DNA from: an uncultured virus (IMG/VR IMGVR_UViG_3300044634_002018)
Taxonomy: Duplodnaviria > Heunggongvirae > Uroviricota > Caudoviricetes
Strand: one strand, 5' to 3'
Virus record (IMG/VR): IMGVR_UViG_3300044634_002018
DNA: 64,000 bases
This document shows, piece by piece, positions 1-8,498 of the stretch. How positions within the stretch are numbered: position 1 is the first letter of the stretch; the number at the start of each line of letters is the position of its first letter. The position numbers were made by a program, and so were the translations under genes. The notes under the pieces were generated by a model that was not told the DNA's origin, searched no databases, and saw only the letters and a program-made list of their open reading frames with translations.

Positions 1-29
1 GCTGCTTCTGCAATTTGTTGCTCGTCCAT
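1..29 (-). CDS. 5' end of a leftward gene (MDEQQIAEA...), truncated by the window edge
   Basis: CAT at 27-29, open frame to position 1, AT-rich upstream sequence. Confidence 0.45.
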
Positions 30-65
30 AATAACTTATAGTTTTAAAATTTAAAGTGAAGTGTG

Positions 66-95
66 AAAAATTGGGCTACTTTAACGTAGTAGCCC
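66..95 (-). terminator. Hairpin with U-tract on the minus strand (putative intrinsic terminator or attenuator)
   Basis: Perfect 8-bp stem GGGCTACT(73-80)/AGTAGCCC(88-95); AAAAA at 66-70 reads as a U-tract on the minus strand. Confidence 0.5.
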
Positions 96-472
96 TTATA
101 TACAAATCCATTAGGATTCTATAACGCCAGTTGATCCACTCAACTAGAAAAATGCTCGTTAATGTAACGATACAGCAATAACCCAATTGCAAGGGAGGAA
201 GAGATCAAAGTAGGTTTTAAATGTGGTTGTCTCCACGTTTCCTATTTCTAGGTTACTACTTTCTACCTTGATTTACCCCAAAACTAATCTCTCGGAATTG
301 AAAGACTAGGGGGTCTCTCCTGAAGTTTAAGAGGGGGGCGGCATTGATAGTACCAACTACCCTAACATTCTACCACTCAATTTTTGAAGACTATTTGAAA
401 TTCACACAAGACTAATTCTTTTTCTCATTTTCTACGCAGGGGAGGGGTTTTCTTATACCCTCTAATCCCACA

Positions 473-480
473 CAAATATA
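473..480 (-). promoter_or_regulatory. Bacteroidota sigma70-type -7 element TATATTTG, leftward
   Basis: CAAATATA on + strand = TAnnTTTG consensus on - strand, in an intergenic region. Confidence 0.5.
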
Positions 481-539
481 AACTTTCAAAAAAACTATAT
501 AAAAAATTTAAACACACACTTTAGATTCAGAATTATCCT

Positions 540-547
540 TATCTTTG
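540..547 (+). promoter_or_regulatory. Bacteroidota sigma70-type -7 element TATCTTTG
   Basis: Exact TAnnTTTG match 16 nt upstream of ATG 564. Confidence 0.6.
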
Positions 548-563
548 CAAAAAATATAAATAT

Positions 564-785
564 ATGACAAATACACCCGGCACACAAGGTACTTCATTTA
601 CCATTAAAGTTTCAAGAGAGCATTTCACCAACTCCTTATGGCTACCCTCAGAAATGCTTGAATCTTACGTACATAAAATTAGTAGTGCAGAATTTTCATT
701 CTCACCCAAAACCAGAATCCCTAAAAAGAAAAGGGCTTTAAAGAAATACCTCAAAAAACACAGAGTAGTATCACTTCTTCTCTGA
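564..785 (+). CDS. Small basic hypothetical protein
   Basis: 73-aa ORF directly behind a promoter element; Lys/Arg-rich C-terminus. Confidence 0.55.
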   Translation: MTNTPGTQGTSFTIKVSREHFTNSLWLPSEMLESYVHKISSAEFSFSPKTRIPKKKRALKKYLKKHRVVSLLL

Positions 786-902
786 GTCTTTCTTTAAAGC
801 CTCTTGTAATGCTTTTTCAAGTGCTTTAGTATCTTCTTCACTTACAGTACCTTGGGTACTAATAATTATTATTTCGTTGTCCTTATTGCTCGTTTGTGCC
901 AT
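771..902 (-). CDS. Small hypothetical protein, 43 aa (MAQTSNKDNEIIIISTQGTVSEEDTKALEKALQEALKKDSEKK), not in the ORF track
   Basis: Translated by hand: ATG at 902-900, TGA at 773-771; fills the gap between the 564 and 973 genes; amphipathic helical C-terminus. Confidence 0.5.
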   Translation of the reverse strand: MAQTSNKDNEIIIISTQGTVSEEDTKALEKALQEALKKDSEKK

Positions 903-960
903 AATACAATTTTCAGTAAAATTACTTATAAAAAAGAAACTACTAAATAACTTTTTTATT

Positions 961-968
961 TACCTTTG
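961..968 (+). promoter_or_regulatory. Bacteroidota -7 element TACCTTTG
   Basis: TAnnTTTG match ending 4 nt before ATG 973. Confidence 0.6.
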
Positions 969-972
969 CTCC

Positions 973-1482
973 ATGAAAAATTTAAAAGAAGAACTTTACT
1001 TAAACACAGTGAACAGTCATATAAGATTTGTTCAGGAAGCAGGTCAGGTTTTAATGGAACTGGACTTACCTTTAGAATACTCCACAATTAAATTCATGTC
1101 CAATTTAGACAAGCATGACAAGTCTAAATACTCTAAGGCAGAATTTAAGGGTTATGCTGATTATTTCTTTGGAGAAGAAGGAGTACCTAGAACCCCAGAA
1201 GTAATTAATGCTTTTGATCTAGCGTGGCATCACCATTACATGAATAATCCTCATCATCCTGAACACTGGTTCATGGTAGATAAATCAGGAATAACAAGCC
1301 CTTTAGAAATGCCCGACATTTACATCATCGAAATGCTGGCTGATTGGATAGGAGCAGGAAAATCATACGGAAATCCTTTTGAAACTTGGGTACAAAGTAA
1401 TATTCACAAATTCGGATTTGCGGAAAGTACAGCAAAAAAAGTGCATGAATGTGTAAAAATTATCCTAAATGCTAAGATTTAA
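973..1482 (+). CDS. HD-superfamily (DUF5662-like) metal-dependent phosphohydrolase
   Basis: Motifs H..., HDKSKY, AWHHHYMNNPHHPEHW, EMLADW; start moved from the track's TTG 877 to ATG 973 behind the promoter element. Confidence 0.75.
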   Translation: MKNLKEELYLNTVNSHIRFVQEAGQVLMELDLPLEYSTIKFMSNLDKHDKSKYSKAEFKGYADYFFGEEGVPRTPEVINAFDLAWHHHYMNNPHHPEHWFMVDKSGITSPLEMPDIYIIEMLADWIGAGKSYGNPFETWVQSNIHKFGFAESTAKKVHECVKIILNAKI

Positions 1483-1819
1483 AGTAGAAATATACAATGC
1501 TGCAATAGTCTTCATCACGGAAGACACTATTGAGAAATGTGCGGAAGTATTTAAAAAAGTCACAAAAAAATCAATAGACTATAAAAATGCTTGTGCAGTC
1601 ACATACTACGATGAGGATAATCATACTGTTTACATGTTGGTTCCTGATTTAAATTTTCTCTCAAACTTAAACCACGAATGTATTCATGCTACTTCTTACA
1701 TTCTTCACGCAGTGGGAGTACCTATTTCTCAAGAGAATGATGAAGCATTTGCTTATTTGAACAACTTTATTTTCAAAAAAATCATAAATAGATATGTCAC
1801 ATATACGGTTAAACACTAG
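1469..1819 (+). CDS. Small phage protein with HExxH zincin-like motif
   Basis: NHECIHA followed by DEAFAYL (candidate third ligand). Confidence 0.6.
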   Translation: MLRFKVEIYNAAIVFITEDTIEKCAEVFKKVTKKSIDYKNACAVTYYDEDNHTVYMLVPDLNFLSNLNHECIHATSYILHAVGVPISQENDEAFAYLNNFIFKKIINRYVTYTVKH

Positions 1820-1908
1820 GGCAAAAATAAGTATAGTTACATACTACAAAGTTATTTACAAATTGTGGTTTCCACTTTTATCAGTTAATTTAAATCAAAA
1901 ATTATTAA

Positions 1909-2322
1909 ATGCAAATAACACCATTAAAAGATAAACTAGGAGTAGAAGTAGTCATAGATCAGGGAGTCTCGGTTAACTTTATGGAAGAAAAACTGTCTAA
2001 GGTTGAATTTTATAAACGTCAACTAGACATTATTCTCCAAGAAAAAGGAACCACAGAGACTAAAAAATACATTTTGGCTTACTTTATAGTCTATGGCAAA
2101 GATTATAAGGAGAAAGTCTTAGAGTCTCGAATCAGTACTTCTCCAGATTCTATGAACAATTATGAAAGTGCGCTCCGCAGGGAAAACCTAATACATGGGC
2201 ATTGGCCTGATGCGATTTTAAACCCTGACATAAACTTAGTACACACTCCTTATGTTTTAATTAGTCAGTACTCATTTGATGAAGAGCAAGACCACGTTAA
2301 CCATAGAAACTTTAAAAACTAA
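1909..2322 (+). CDS. Hypothetical protein
   Basis: 137-aa ORF in operon; no recognised motif. Confidence 0.65.
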   Translation: MQITPLKDKLGVEVVIDQGVSVNFMEEKLSKVEFYKRQLDIILQEKGTTETKKYILAYFIVYGKDYKEKVLESRISTSPDSMNNYESALRRENLIHGHWPDAILNPDINLVHTPYVLISQYSFDEEQDHVNHRNFKN

Positions 2323-2662
2323 ATATCTTGATCTTATTAAGGAGTTACATCCAGAACTAGATCAGGATGAATTGTGGAGTTTTGTCAAAGGATACTTTAA
2401 GCACTTTAAGTCAAGAGTAGAAACCACAGACAAACTTGAATACAGATTCTTAAACTTAGGGACAGTGGCTACCTCTAATAAAAAGTTAAAAGAAGTGGTC
2501 AACTCAAATAGAAGAAAAATAAAAGGATTTAATGATTTGTCTCCCAAGATTAAGGTCTTAAATAAAAACGTGGAAAGGAACCTAGAAGAGCAAGAAAAAT
2601 ACTTAGAATACTCAAACACCCTTCTTACCAGAGGAAGGACATTTAAAACAAGGAAAAAATAA
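2279..2662 (+). CDS. Hypothetical basic protein, possibly divergent HU/IHF-like
   Basis: Two helices followed by EYRFLNLGTV, resembling the HU 'I.GLGTF' strand; weak. Confidence 0.5.
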   Translation: MKSKTTLTIETLKTKYLDLIKELHPELDQDELWSFVKGYFKHFKSRVETTDKLEYRFLNLGTVATSNKKLKEVVNSNRRKIKGFNDLSPKIKVLNKNVERNLEEQEKYLEYSNTLLTRGRTFKTRKK

Positions 2663-2940
2663 TGAAACTAAATCAAATAACACTTAAAAATATTTACGCA
2701 TTTTTTCAAGGGCACTTTAGATACAGATTTAAAGGACTTCCGGGTTACATTCGAGAACAAGTTGTACTCAGAGAAATCCTAGTCAAAGAAATATCCCCAG
2801 AATGCCTCAATGGACACTGCAAAATTTGCAAATGCAAAACACCAGAACTTTTTTACTCAAGCAAAGCATGTGAAGGAAATTGTTATCCTGAAATGTTAAA
2901 TGAGAGTGAATGGAAAAAATTCAAACTTAAAAACAAATAA
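2662..2940 (+). CDS. Cys-rich putative Zn-binding protein
   Basis: CLNGHCKICKC...ACEGNCYP cluster; TAATG coupling to the upstream gene. Confidence 0.7.
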   Translation: MKLNQITLKNIYAFFQGHFRYRFKGLPGYIREQVVLREILVKEISPECLNGHCKICKCKTPELFYSSKACEGNCYPEMLNESEWKKFKLKNK

Positions 2941-2941
2941 T

Positions 2942-3268
2942 ATGTTATTAGATATTCAAAGATTAAAAAACGGGCAATTTGCAAAGAGAAAATCTTGGGA
3001 TCCATTTTTCTTGGGGATAAGAAATTCTACTTTTTTATTGCACGAATTAGAAACAGAAAATACTGCTACAACTTCTACTAGTAGAGTGTGGAACCCATTA
3101 ACAGAAGATTTATTAGCGGATGACTGGGAGTATTTTTTAGACCCTTATGGTTATACAAAAGTAAAAGAAAATCTACCACCAGTTATTTGTGCTACTAGTT
3201 CTCATTATTATAGTGGTAAACAAAACCCGCCTATTCAACCAATGTTTTTTAAACCTTACACAAAATAA
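2942..3268 (+). CDS. DUF2829/Tad2-like protein (putative immune-signal sponge), paralog 1
   Basis: RLKNGQFAKRKSW ... WNPLTEDLLADDW matches the DUF2829 pattern LKxGxxxxRxxW ... WxPxxxDxLAxDW; start set at ATG 2942. Confidence 0.72.
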   Translation: MLLDIQRLKNGQFAKRKSWDPFFLGIRNSTFLLHELETENTATTSTSRVWNPLTEDLLADDWEYFLDPYGYTKVKENLPPVICATSSHYYSGKQNPPIQPMFFKPYTK

Positions 3269-3269
3269 T

Positions 3270-3656
3270 ATGTATCACCAATATCCAGTTCATCAAAACC
3301 CACTTATGAACATACAAGAACCAATAGAAACTACTTTTAATTACCAAAGGCTAAAAAATGGTTATTTTGCTTTTAGAAGAATATGGCGAGATGGGGCAGA
3401 AAAACTAACCATAGGACTTATTAATGGTAAATTGTACGAGTTTTACTTAAATGACGCTGGTGAAAATAAAGTAGAAATCCACAAAAACTTTATTGAATCT
3501 GTTTCCGCAGAAAACCTTTCAGCAAATGATTGGCTTTATGCTACTGATCCTATGGGATTTAATGTTCTAAAAAATTCCCCAAGATTGACATGGGGGGTTT
3601 CTTTGACAGACACTGATTTGTTTACTAACCTATTTAAAGACAACCCACCATGCTAA
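3270..3656 (+). CDS. DUF2829/Tad2-like protein, paralog 2 (more divergent)
   Basis: QRLKNGYFAFRRIW ... SAENLSANDWLYATDPMGF aligns with paralog 1; start set at ATG 3270. Confidence 0.62.
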   Translation: MYHQYPVHQNPLMNIQEPIETTFNYQRLKNGYFAFRRIWRDGAEKLTIGLINGKLYEFYLNDAGENKVEIHKNFIESVSAENLSANDWLYATDPMGFNVLKNSPRLTWGVSLTDTDLFTNLFKDNPPC

Positions 3657-3940
3657 GATTTAACACAAACACACTTCACAATCAGATTATAAGCAGCACA
3701 TCACCGAGTACATTCTTCTTTGCAGGAAGGAACTTCGGAGACATTTTAACCATAGAAGATTCAGGGGTTAGTTGCAGTTGCACCACTGTTTCATTTCCTA
3801 GGATAGTAGAAAAAGATGAGGCTTTTAACGTAATAGTTACCATAGATAAAACAAATCAATTTGGTGTGGTGGATGAATCTGCTTGGATTAAAGTAGGGGG
3901 AATTACACACAATTTTATCATTAAAGGCAAGATTATATAA
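3650..3940 (+). CDS. DUF1573-like Ig-fold protein
   Basis: VSCSCTT resembles the SCGCT signature; all-beta pattern; ends IKGKII. Confidence 0.6.
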   Translation: MLRFNTNTLHNQIISSTSPSTFFFAGRNFGDILTIEDSGVSCSCTTVSFPRIVEKDEAFNVIVTIDKTNQFGVVDESAWIKVGGITHNFIIKGKII

Positions 3941-4701
3941 TGTTATTATTTAACGAAGAAGAACACAGATACTTTTGGAGAGATGCCCCTGAGAAAGAAT
4001 TGACTTCTGTCTCAAGGCTCCTTGCTCAATACCACGAGCACTTTGACGCAGAAAAAATGTCTGTTAAAGTGGCTGAGAAAAGAAAAACCACCCCTGAGTT
4101 AATTCTCAAAGAATGGAAAGAGGAAAATGATAAGTCAATAGTTAGGGGGAAAGCGTATCATGCTTTTCGAGAAGAAGAATACTACAAGGACAAAAAAAGA
4201 AAAGTATTCAAACACGAAGAAAGGAATGGCTTAAAAGAAGCATTCGATATTACCAATCTAAAACCGGGTGTGTATCCAGAACTTATGGTTTACTTGCCTG
4301 AGTTCGATCTAACTGGTACAGCAGATTACGTAGAGATATTTGAGGACAAAACATTTATACTTGAGGATTTCAAGACTAATAAAGAATTGAAGTTTAGCGG
4401 GTTTATGGTTTTTAACCCCGACTCTAAAACTCGAAGTGAGAAAAAAATGTATCCACCTATTTCACATTTAGGTGATTGTAACGGGACTCATTACACTCTC
4501 CAATTAAGCATATACGCTTACATTTTAGAACAAGCAGGGTATAAGTTAAAACCAAACGGACTAACCATTCATCATATTTTATTCTCAGAAAATAAAGCAT
4601 TTGAGTCAGTTCCATATCCAGTTAATTATCTAAAGAAAGAAGTCATAGCATTACTAAATCATTTTAAAAATGCAAAAAGTACTAACAATAAAAGAAAATA
4701 G
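3940..4701 (+). CDS. PD-(D/E)XK (Cas4/RecB-like) exonuclease
   Basis: TSVS, RGKAYH, PE, TGTAD, EDFKTN and HYTLQLSIY motifs. Confidence 0.85.
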   Translation: MLLFNEEEHRYFWRDAPEKELTSVSRLLAQYHEHFDAEKMSVKVAEKRKTTPELILKEWKEENDKSIVRGKAYHAFREEEYYKDKKRKVFKHEERNGLKEAFDITNLKPGVYPELMVYLPEFDLTGTADYVEIFEDKTFILEDFKTNKELKFSGFMVFNPDSKTRSEKKMYPPISHLGDCNGTHYTLQLSIYAYILEQAGYKLKPNGLTIHHILFSENKAFESVPYPVNYLKKEVIALLNHFKNAKSTNNKRK

Positions 4702-5218
4702 AGTCATAGTAAACGAGGTTATATTAGTAGTTCCTGCTTTCAGAAAGGCATACGATTACTATGTAAATAAGGACGAGGTAAACGGTATGAACAATGCCAT
4801 ATCAGCATTTACTTATCTTCATTTTATGTATGACCCGGAAAGCCCCCATCTTTTGCTTCACGAAGATTTTAGGAAGGAAAGAGTTATGAAAGACTGTCCG
4901 GGTGATTACAACCCTTCTTTTGATATTCCTCTCATAGAAGCAGCAGAAAAAATGAAGGAATTGTGTGAAACACCCACGCAAAGATACCTTCAATCCTTAA
5001 AAATAGCAATGGATAATGTGGGTGATTATCTGAGAACTGCTCAAGTAGTGGGAGGAAAAGATGGAAACTTGGCAAATATCCAGCAAATTCAAAACAACGC
5101 CTCTACCACTATCAACAACTTTAATGCAGTAGATGCTGCATTCAGGCAAGAAGTTATTAAACGAAAAGGTGCATCCAAAATAGCAATTGATGAGGATGAT
5201 ACAAACTCTGATTTTTAA
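4670..5218 (+). CDS. Hypothetical protein upstream of TerL (possible terminase small subunit)
   Basis: Position and TAATG coupling to TerL; helical; function inferred only from position. Confidence 0.6.
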   Translation: MQKVLTIKENRVIVNEVILVVPAFRKAYDYYVNKDEVNGMNNAISAFTYLHFMYDPESPHLLLHEDFRKERVMKDCPGDYNPSFDIPLIEAAEKMKELCETPTQRYLQSLKIAMDNVGDYLRTAQVVGGKDGNLANIQQIQNNASTTINNFNAVDAAFRQEVIKRKGASKIAIDEDDTNSDF

Positions 5219-8200
5219 TGTTTACAACAAAGCGAATACCTACTCTTAAAAATGGAGTTTGGTCATACACTATTTACGAAAATGACAAGGAGTTTCTTGC
5301 ATACGTAAAATCTCAGTTCAAAGAACCGGGTAAATATGGTTTGTATGACACTTATCTATGGGTTGAACCTGCCACTAAATTCCAAACGACAGGAAGGTAT
5401 TGTGACTTCTCGGAAGACTCAGAACAATACAAAGAACATTTTGCTTTTGAGAAGAAAAAAATAGGTCAAGGTGTAATCATTAACGAGTTTTATTTACCCG
5501 GAGATTTTTATTGGTATCTTAACTACACTCCTATTGTAGATAAATTAAAAGGTAGGGAGGATTTTGCAGAATTATGGGATGGAGATTACCATTTTTATTT
5601 GTATGACGAAATTGCTAGATTATCTGATCTAAACTCTGCTGTCTGCAAAGCCCGCCAGAAAGGCTTTGAACAACCTAATTCAGAACCTGTACTCACAGAA
5701 CATGGTTTTAGACCTATTGGAGATTTAAAAGTAGGAGACAAAGTTTATTCTAAAGATGGCAAGTTAACCAATGTAATAGGTGTTTATCCACAAGGAGTAA
5801 AAGATGTTTACGAAATAGAATTTTTGGACAAAAGAAAAGTAAGATGTGGTATTAATCATCTCTGGGAGGTGCGAGAAAGGAATACTTTAAAAGTTTTGTC
5901 TTTGAAGCAAATGTTAGAAAAAGGCATAACTTATAAAGCAACAGCAACTTTAAAAAGTGGGGAGAAAAAAGAGTATAAAGGTTATAGGTATGGAGTGGAG
6001 GAAATTGATCCCATTATTTATCCTGAGAATACTGTGCCAATCCCTGCGTATGCTTTGGGTGCTTTACTAGGTGATGGTTCTTTCACCAAATCTCAATGTA
6101 GGCTGACCTCAGCAGACCAAGAAGTATTTGATTTAGTCCTTGAAGACCTTGGAGAAGATTACCATACAGGTGAAAGAGAACAAGCAGAAAATCATTACCG
6201 GGCCACTATTATGTATGCAAAAAGATTTACATCTTTAGATTCTAAATATGTAAACGCTCAATATGGTGTAAATCCTTTGTTAAGAGAACTAAAGGAGTTA
6301 GGTTTAACAGGTACGACTTGCTACAACAAATTCATTCCAGAGGTTTATTTAAAATCTAGTGTAGAAAACCGGATAGCCTTATTACAGGGGCTTATGGATA
6401 CAGACGGGTATATTTCTGAACAAGGTTATGATATTCAACTTACGACTACATCCGAAAGACTTCAAGCAGATGTGGTAGAATTATGCAGGTCTTTGGGGAT
6501 TCCAGTTCATAGTTGTGAATTTCCACCAGCAAAAGAAACTGACCACATATTTTGGAGGGTACGTATTGGAAATAAAATAAGGTTGTTTAGATTAAGGCGT
6601 AAGAAATACAGACAAATACTAGACAGAGAAAGACGTACAAAAAACAGTATTATTAATGTAGTAAAACTTGGAAAAGAAGAGTCCACTTGTATTGAAGTTG
6701 ACCATCCTAGCCATACTTACATTACTAAAGACTATGTACTTACTCATAACACACTGAAACTAATGTCAAAGTTAATGAGAAAACTATGGTTTGTTAAGCA
6801 GAGTGTTTGTAAAGTCATAGGATATGAAGAAGATTTTGTAAACACTAATGGTTCTTGGAAATTTGCTGTTAACTACCGTAACTTTCTAAATGAGCATACT
6901 CCTTGGTACAGATCATTTGAACCAGATGCAGGACTAGAATGGGAACAGAAAAGAAGTGTAATTGAAGGTACAGTTAACACAAAGAAAAAATGGGTAGGAT
7001 TAAAATCTCGTTTAGTGGCAGCCACCACTAAAAAGAACCCTGCAAAAGCAGTAGGTGGTCACATAACTGATCTTTTTCACGAAGAAGCAGGCATTGCTCC
7101 AAACCTAGACAAAGTGTTGGAGTTTGCAGAAGCAGCCACAAAAATGGGAGGTGTTAAAACTGGGCACATTACAGTATCAGGAGCCGTGGGTGAATTAAAA
7201 GATTGTGGGCCATTAGAAAACATTGCTTTCAATCCTTCTGGTTATGGGTTCTTAGGGATCAAAGATATATTCTCAGAGGTAGAATCAGATGAAGAGATTT
7301 GTTTCTTTTTCCCAGACTTTTGGAATTATATAGCAAGTGTTGATGGTAAACAGATTAAGTGTTACGATAAGGATGGAAATTCAGACATAGAATTAGCCAA
7401 GTACTATCTTAACTTAGAAGACGAAAAAAGGAGAGAAAAAGACAATTACATTCTTTGGAAATCTCAGCATCCTTTTAATCTTCAAGATGCTTTTGCTATC
7501 CGGGAGGATAATATTTTCCCCACTCGAATCATAAAAGAACACCAGACTTTACTTCGTCAAACCTATAAACCTCTTACAGTAGAACTGGAAGTTACTGACA
7601 GTAAAATCACCCACAAAATCTCGTACAACAAACCTATCTCAACTCTAAAGGTTGACCCCACTAAGGATAATAGAGGAGTAGTAGAAGTAGATGAACTACC
7701 AATAGATAATCCACCTTGGGGTTTATATTACGCAGGAATTGACCCTATCAGACAAACCAACACCACTACTTCTAAGTCTTTGATGTCAGTGGTTATATTT
7801 AAGGCTGCTCACGTAAATGCTAATGGGCAAATGGTAAGTGATTTTCCAGTGGCCAGATACACAGGTAGGTATCCAACTTGGGAAGAAACTTACGAAACGT
7901 GCATGAACCTTTGCAAATATTACAATGCTCGAATAGCAGTAGAATCAAACGTAACAGGTTTTCACGAATGGGCCATAGGAAAAGACTTAGGGCACATGTT
8001 TATGAAAAGAAAAGAAATATACCTTCTAAACGAATGGATGCCCAATTCTACCATAGTAAACGAAATAGGAATTAGGATGGAGGGAGAATTTAAAAAAAAG
8101 GCTTTAGATTTTGCAGTTGCTTATGTTGATGAAGTTATCCTTAACATAATGAAAGACGGGGAAAAAACTCCCGTGTATGGAGTTACAAGACTAAGAGATG

Positions 8201-8406
8201 TTATGCTCCTAGAGGAGATGCTCAAATACACCCCTAAGTTAAACACAGACCGATTAGTTGCATTTACATTTGCCTTAATTGCAGCCAGATCAAACACCAA
8301 TCGAAATCTAGTAGTAAAAGAGCAAAGACAAGTAAGAGAAAACGGAGTAAAAAGAGAGCAAAAAGTAGTAATGAAAATGGGTTCTCCTTTTAAGAAAAGA
8401 AAATAA
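5218..8406 (+). CDS. terL: Terminase large subunit, intein-containing
   Basis: Walker A restored on splicing (KARQKGF|T), Walker B DLFHEEAG, RNase H-type nuclease motifs YYAGIDP, ESN, NTDR. Confidence 0.93.
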   Translation: MFTTKRIPTLKNGVWSYTIYENDKEFLAYVKSQFKEPGKYGLYDTYLWVEPATKFQTTGRYCDFSEDSEQYKEHFAFEKKKIGQGVIINEFYLPGDFYWYLNYTPIVDKLKGREDFAELWDGDYHFYLYDEIARLSDLNSAVCKARQKGFEQPNSEPVLTEHGFRPIGDLKVGDKVYSKDGKLTNVIGVYPQGVKDVYEIEFLDKRKVRCGINHLWEVRERNTLKVLSLKQMLEKGITYKATATLKSGEKKEYKGYRYGVEEIDPIIYPENTVPIPAYALGALLGDGSFTKSQCRLTSADQEVFDLVLEDLGEDYHTGEREQAENHYRATIMYAKRFTSLDSKYVNAQYGVNPLLRELKELGLTGTTCYNKFIPEVYLKSSVENRIALLQGLMDTDGYISEQGYDIQLTTTSERLQADVVELCRSLGIPVHSCEFPPAKETDHIFWRVRIGNKIRLFRLRRKKYRQILDRERRTKNSIINVVKLGKEESTCIEVDHPSHTYITKDYVLTHNTLKLMSKLMRKLWFVKQSVCKVIGYEEDFVNTNGSWKFAVNYRNFLNEHTPWYRSFEPDAGLEWEQKRSVIEGTVNTKKKWVGLKSRLVAATTKKNPAKAVGGHITDLFHEEAGIAPNLDKVLEFAEAATKMGGVKTGHITVSGAVGELKDCGPLENIAFNPSGYGFLGIKDIFSEVESDEEICFFFPDFWNYIASVDGKQIKCYDKDGNSDIELAKYYLNLEDEKRREKDNYILWKSQHPFNLQDAFAIREDNIFPTRIIKEHQTLLRQTYKPLTVELEVTDSKITHKISYNKPISTLKVDPTKDNRGVVEVDELPIDNPPWGLYYAGIDPIRQTNTTTSKSLMSVVIFKAAHVNANGQMVSDFPVARYTGRYPTWEETYETCMNLCKYYNARIAVESNVTGFHEWAIGKDLGHMFMKRKEIYLLNEWMPNSTIVNEIGIRMEGEFKKKALDFAVAYVDEVILNIMKDGEKTPVYGVTRLRDVMLLEEMLKYTPKLNTDRLVAFTFALIAARSNTNRNLVVKEQRQVRENGVKREQKVVMKMGSPFKKRK
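5668..6750 (+). mobile_element. Intein (361 aa) with LAGLIDADG homing endonuclease, class-3 signature
   Basis: Block A EQPNSEPVLTEHG, block B CGINHLW, LAGLIDADG motifs ALGALLGDGS and LLQGLMDTDG, block F STCIEV, block G THN followed by Thr+1. Confidence 0.92.
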
Positions 8407-8473
8407 TAAGCCCAAGGTTAGTAAATAATAATAAAATTTATTTGCTTTACTACCTTGCTTAATAGAAATATAC

Positions 8474-8481
8474 TAAATTTG
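8474..8481 (+). promoter_or_regulatory. Bacteroidota -7 element TAAATTTG upstream of portal
   Basis: TAnnTTTG match 17 nt before ATG 8499; TTG about 17 nt upstream. Confidence 0.55.
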
Positions 8482-8498
8482 CGCACAAAATATAGATT

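Noticed and set aside
1794..1934. 46-aa ORF (MSHIRLNTRAK...) bridging the 1469 and 1909 genes
   Set aside because: Possible, but short, overlapping both neighbours and without any motif; not enough support
3940..4701. Cas4 as part of a CRISPR-Cas system
   Set aside because: Solo PD-(D/E)XK nuclease lacking the four-Cys Fe-S cluster pattern; no array or other cas genes
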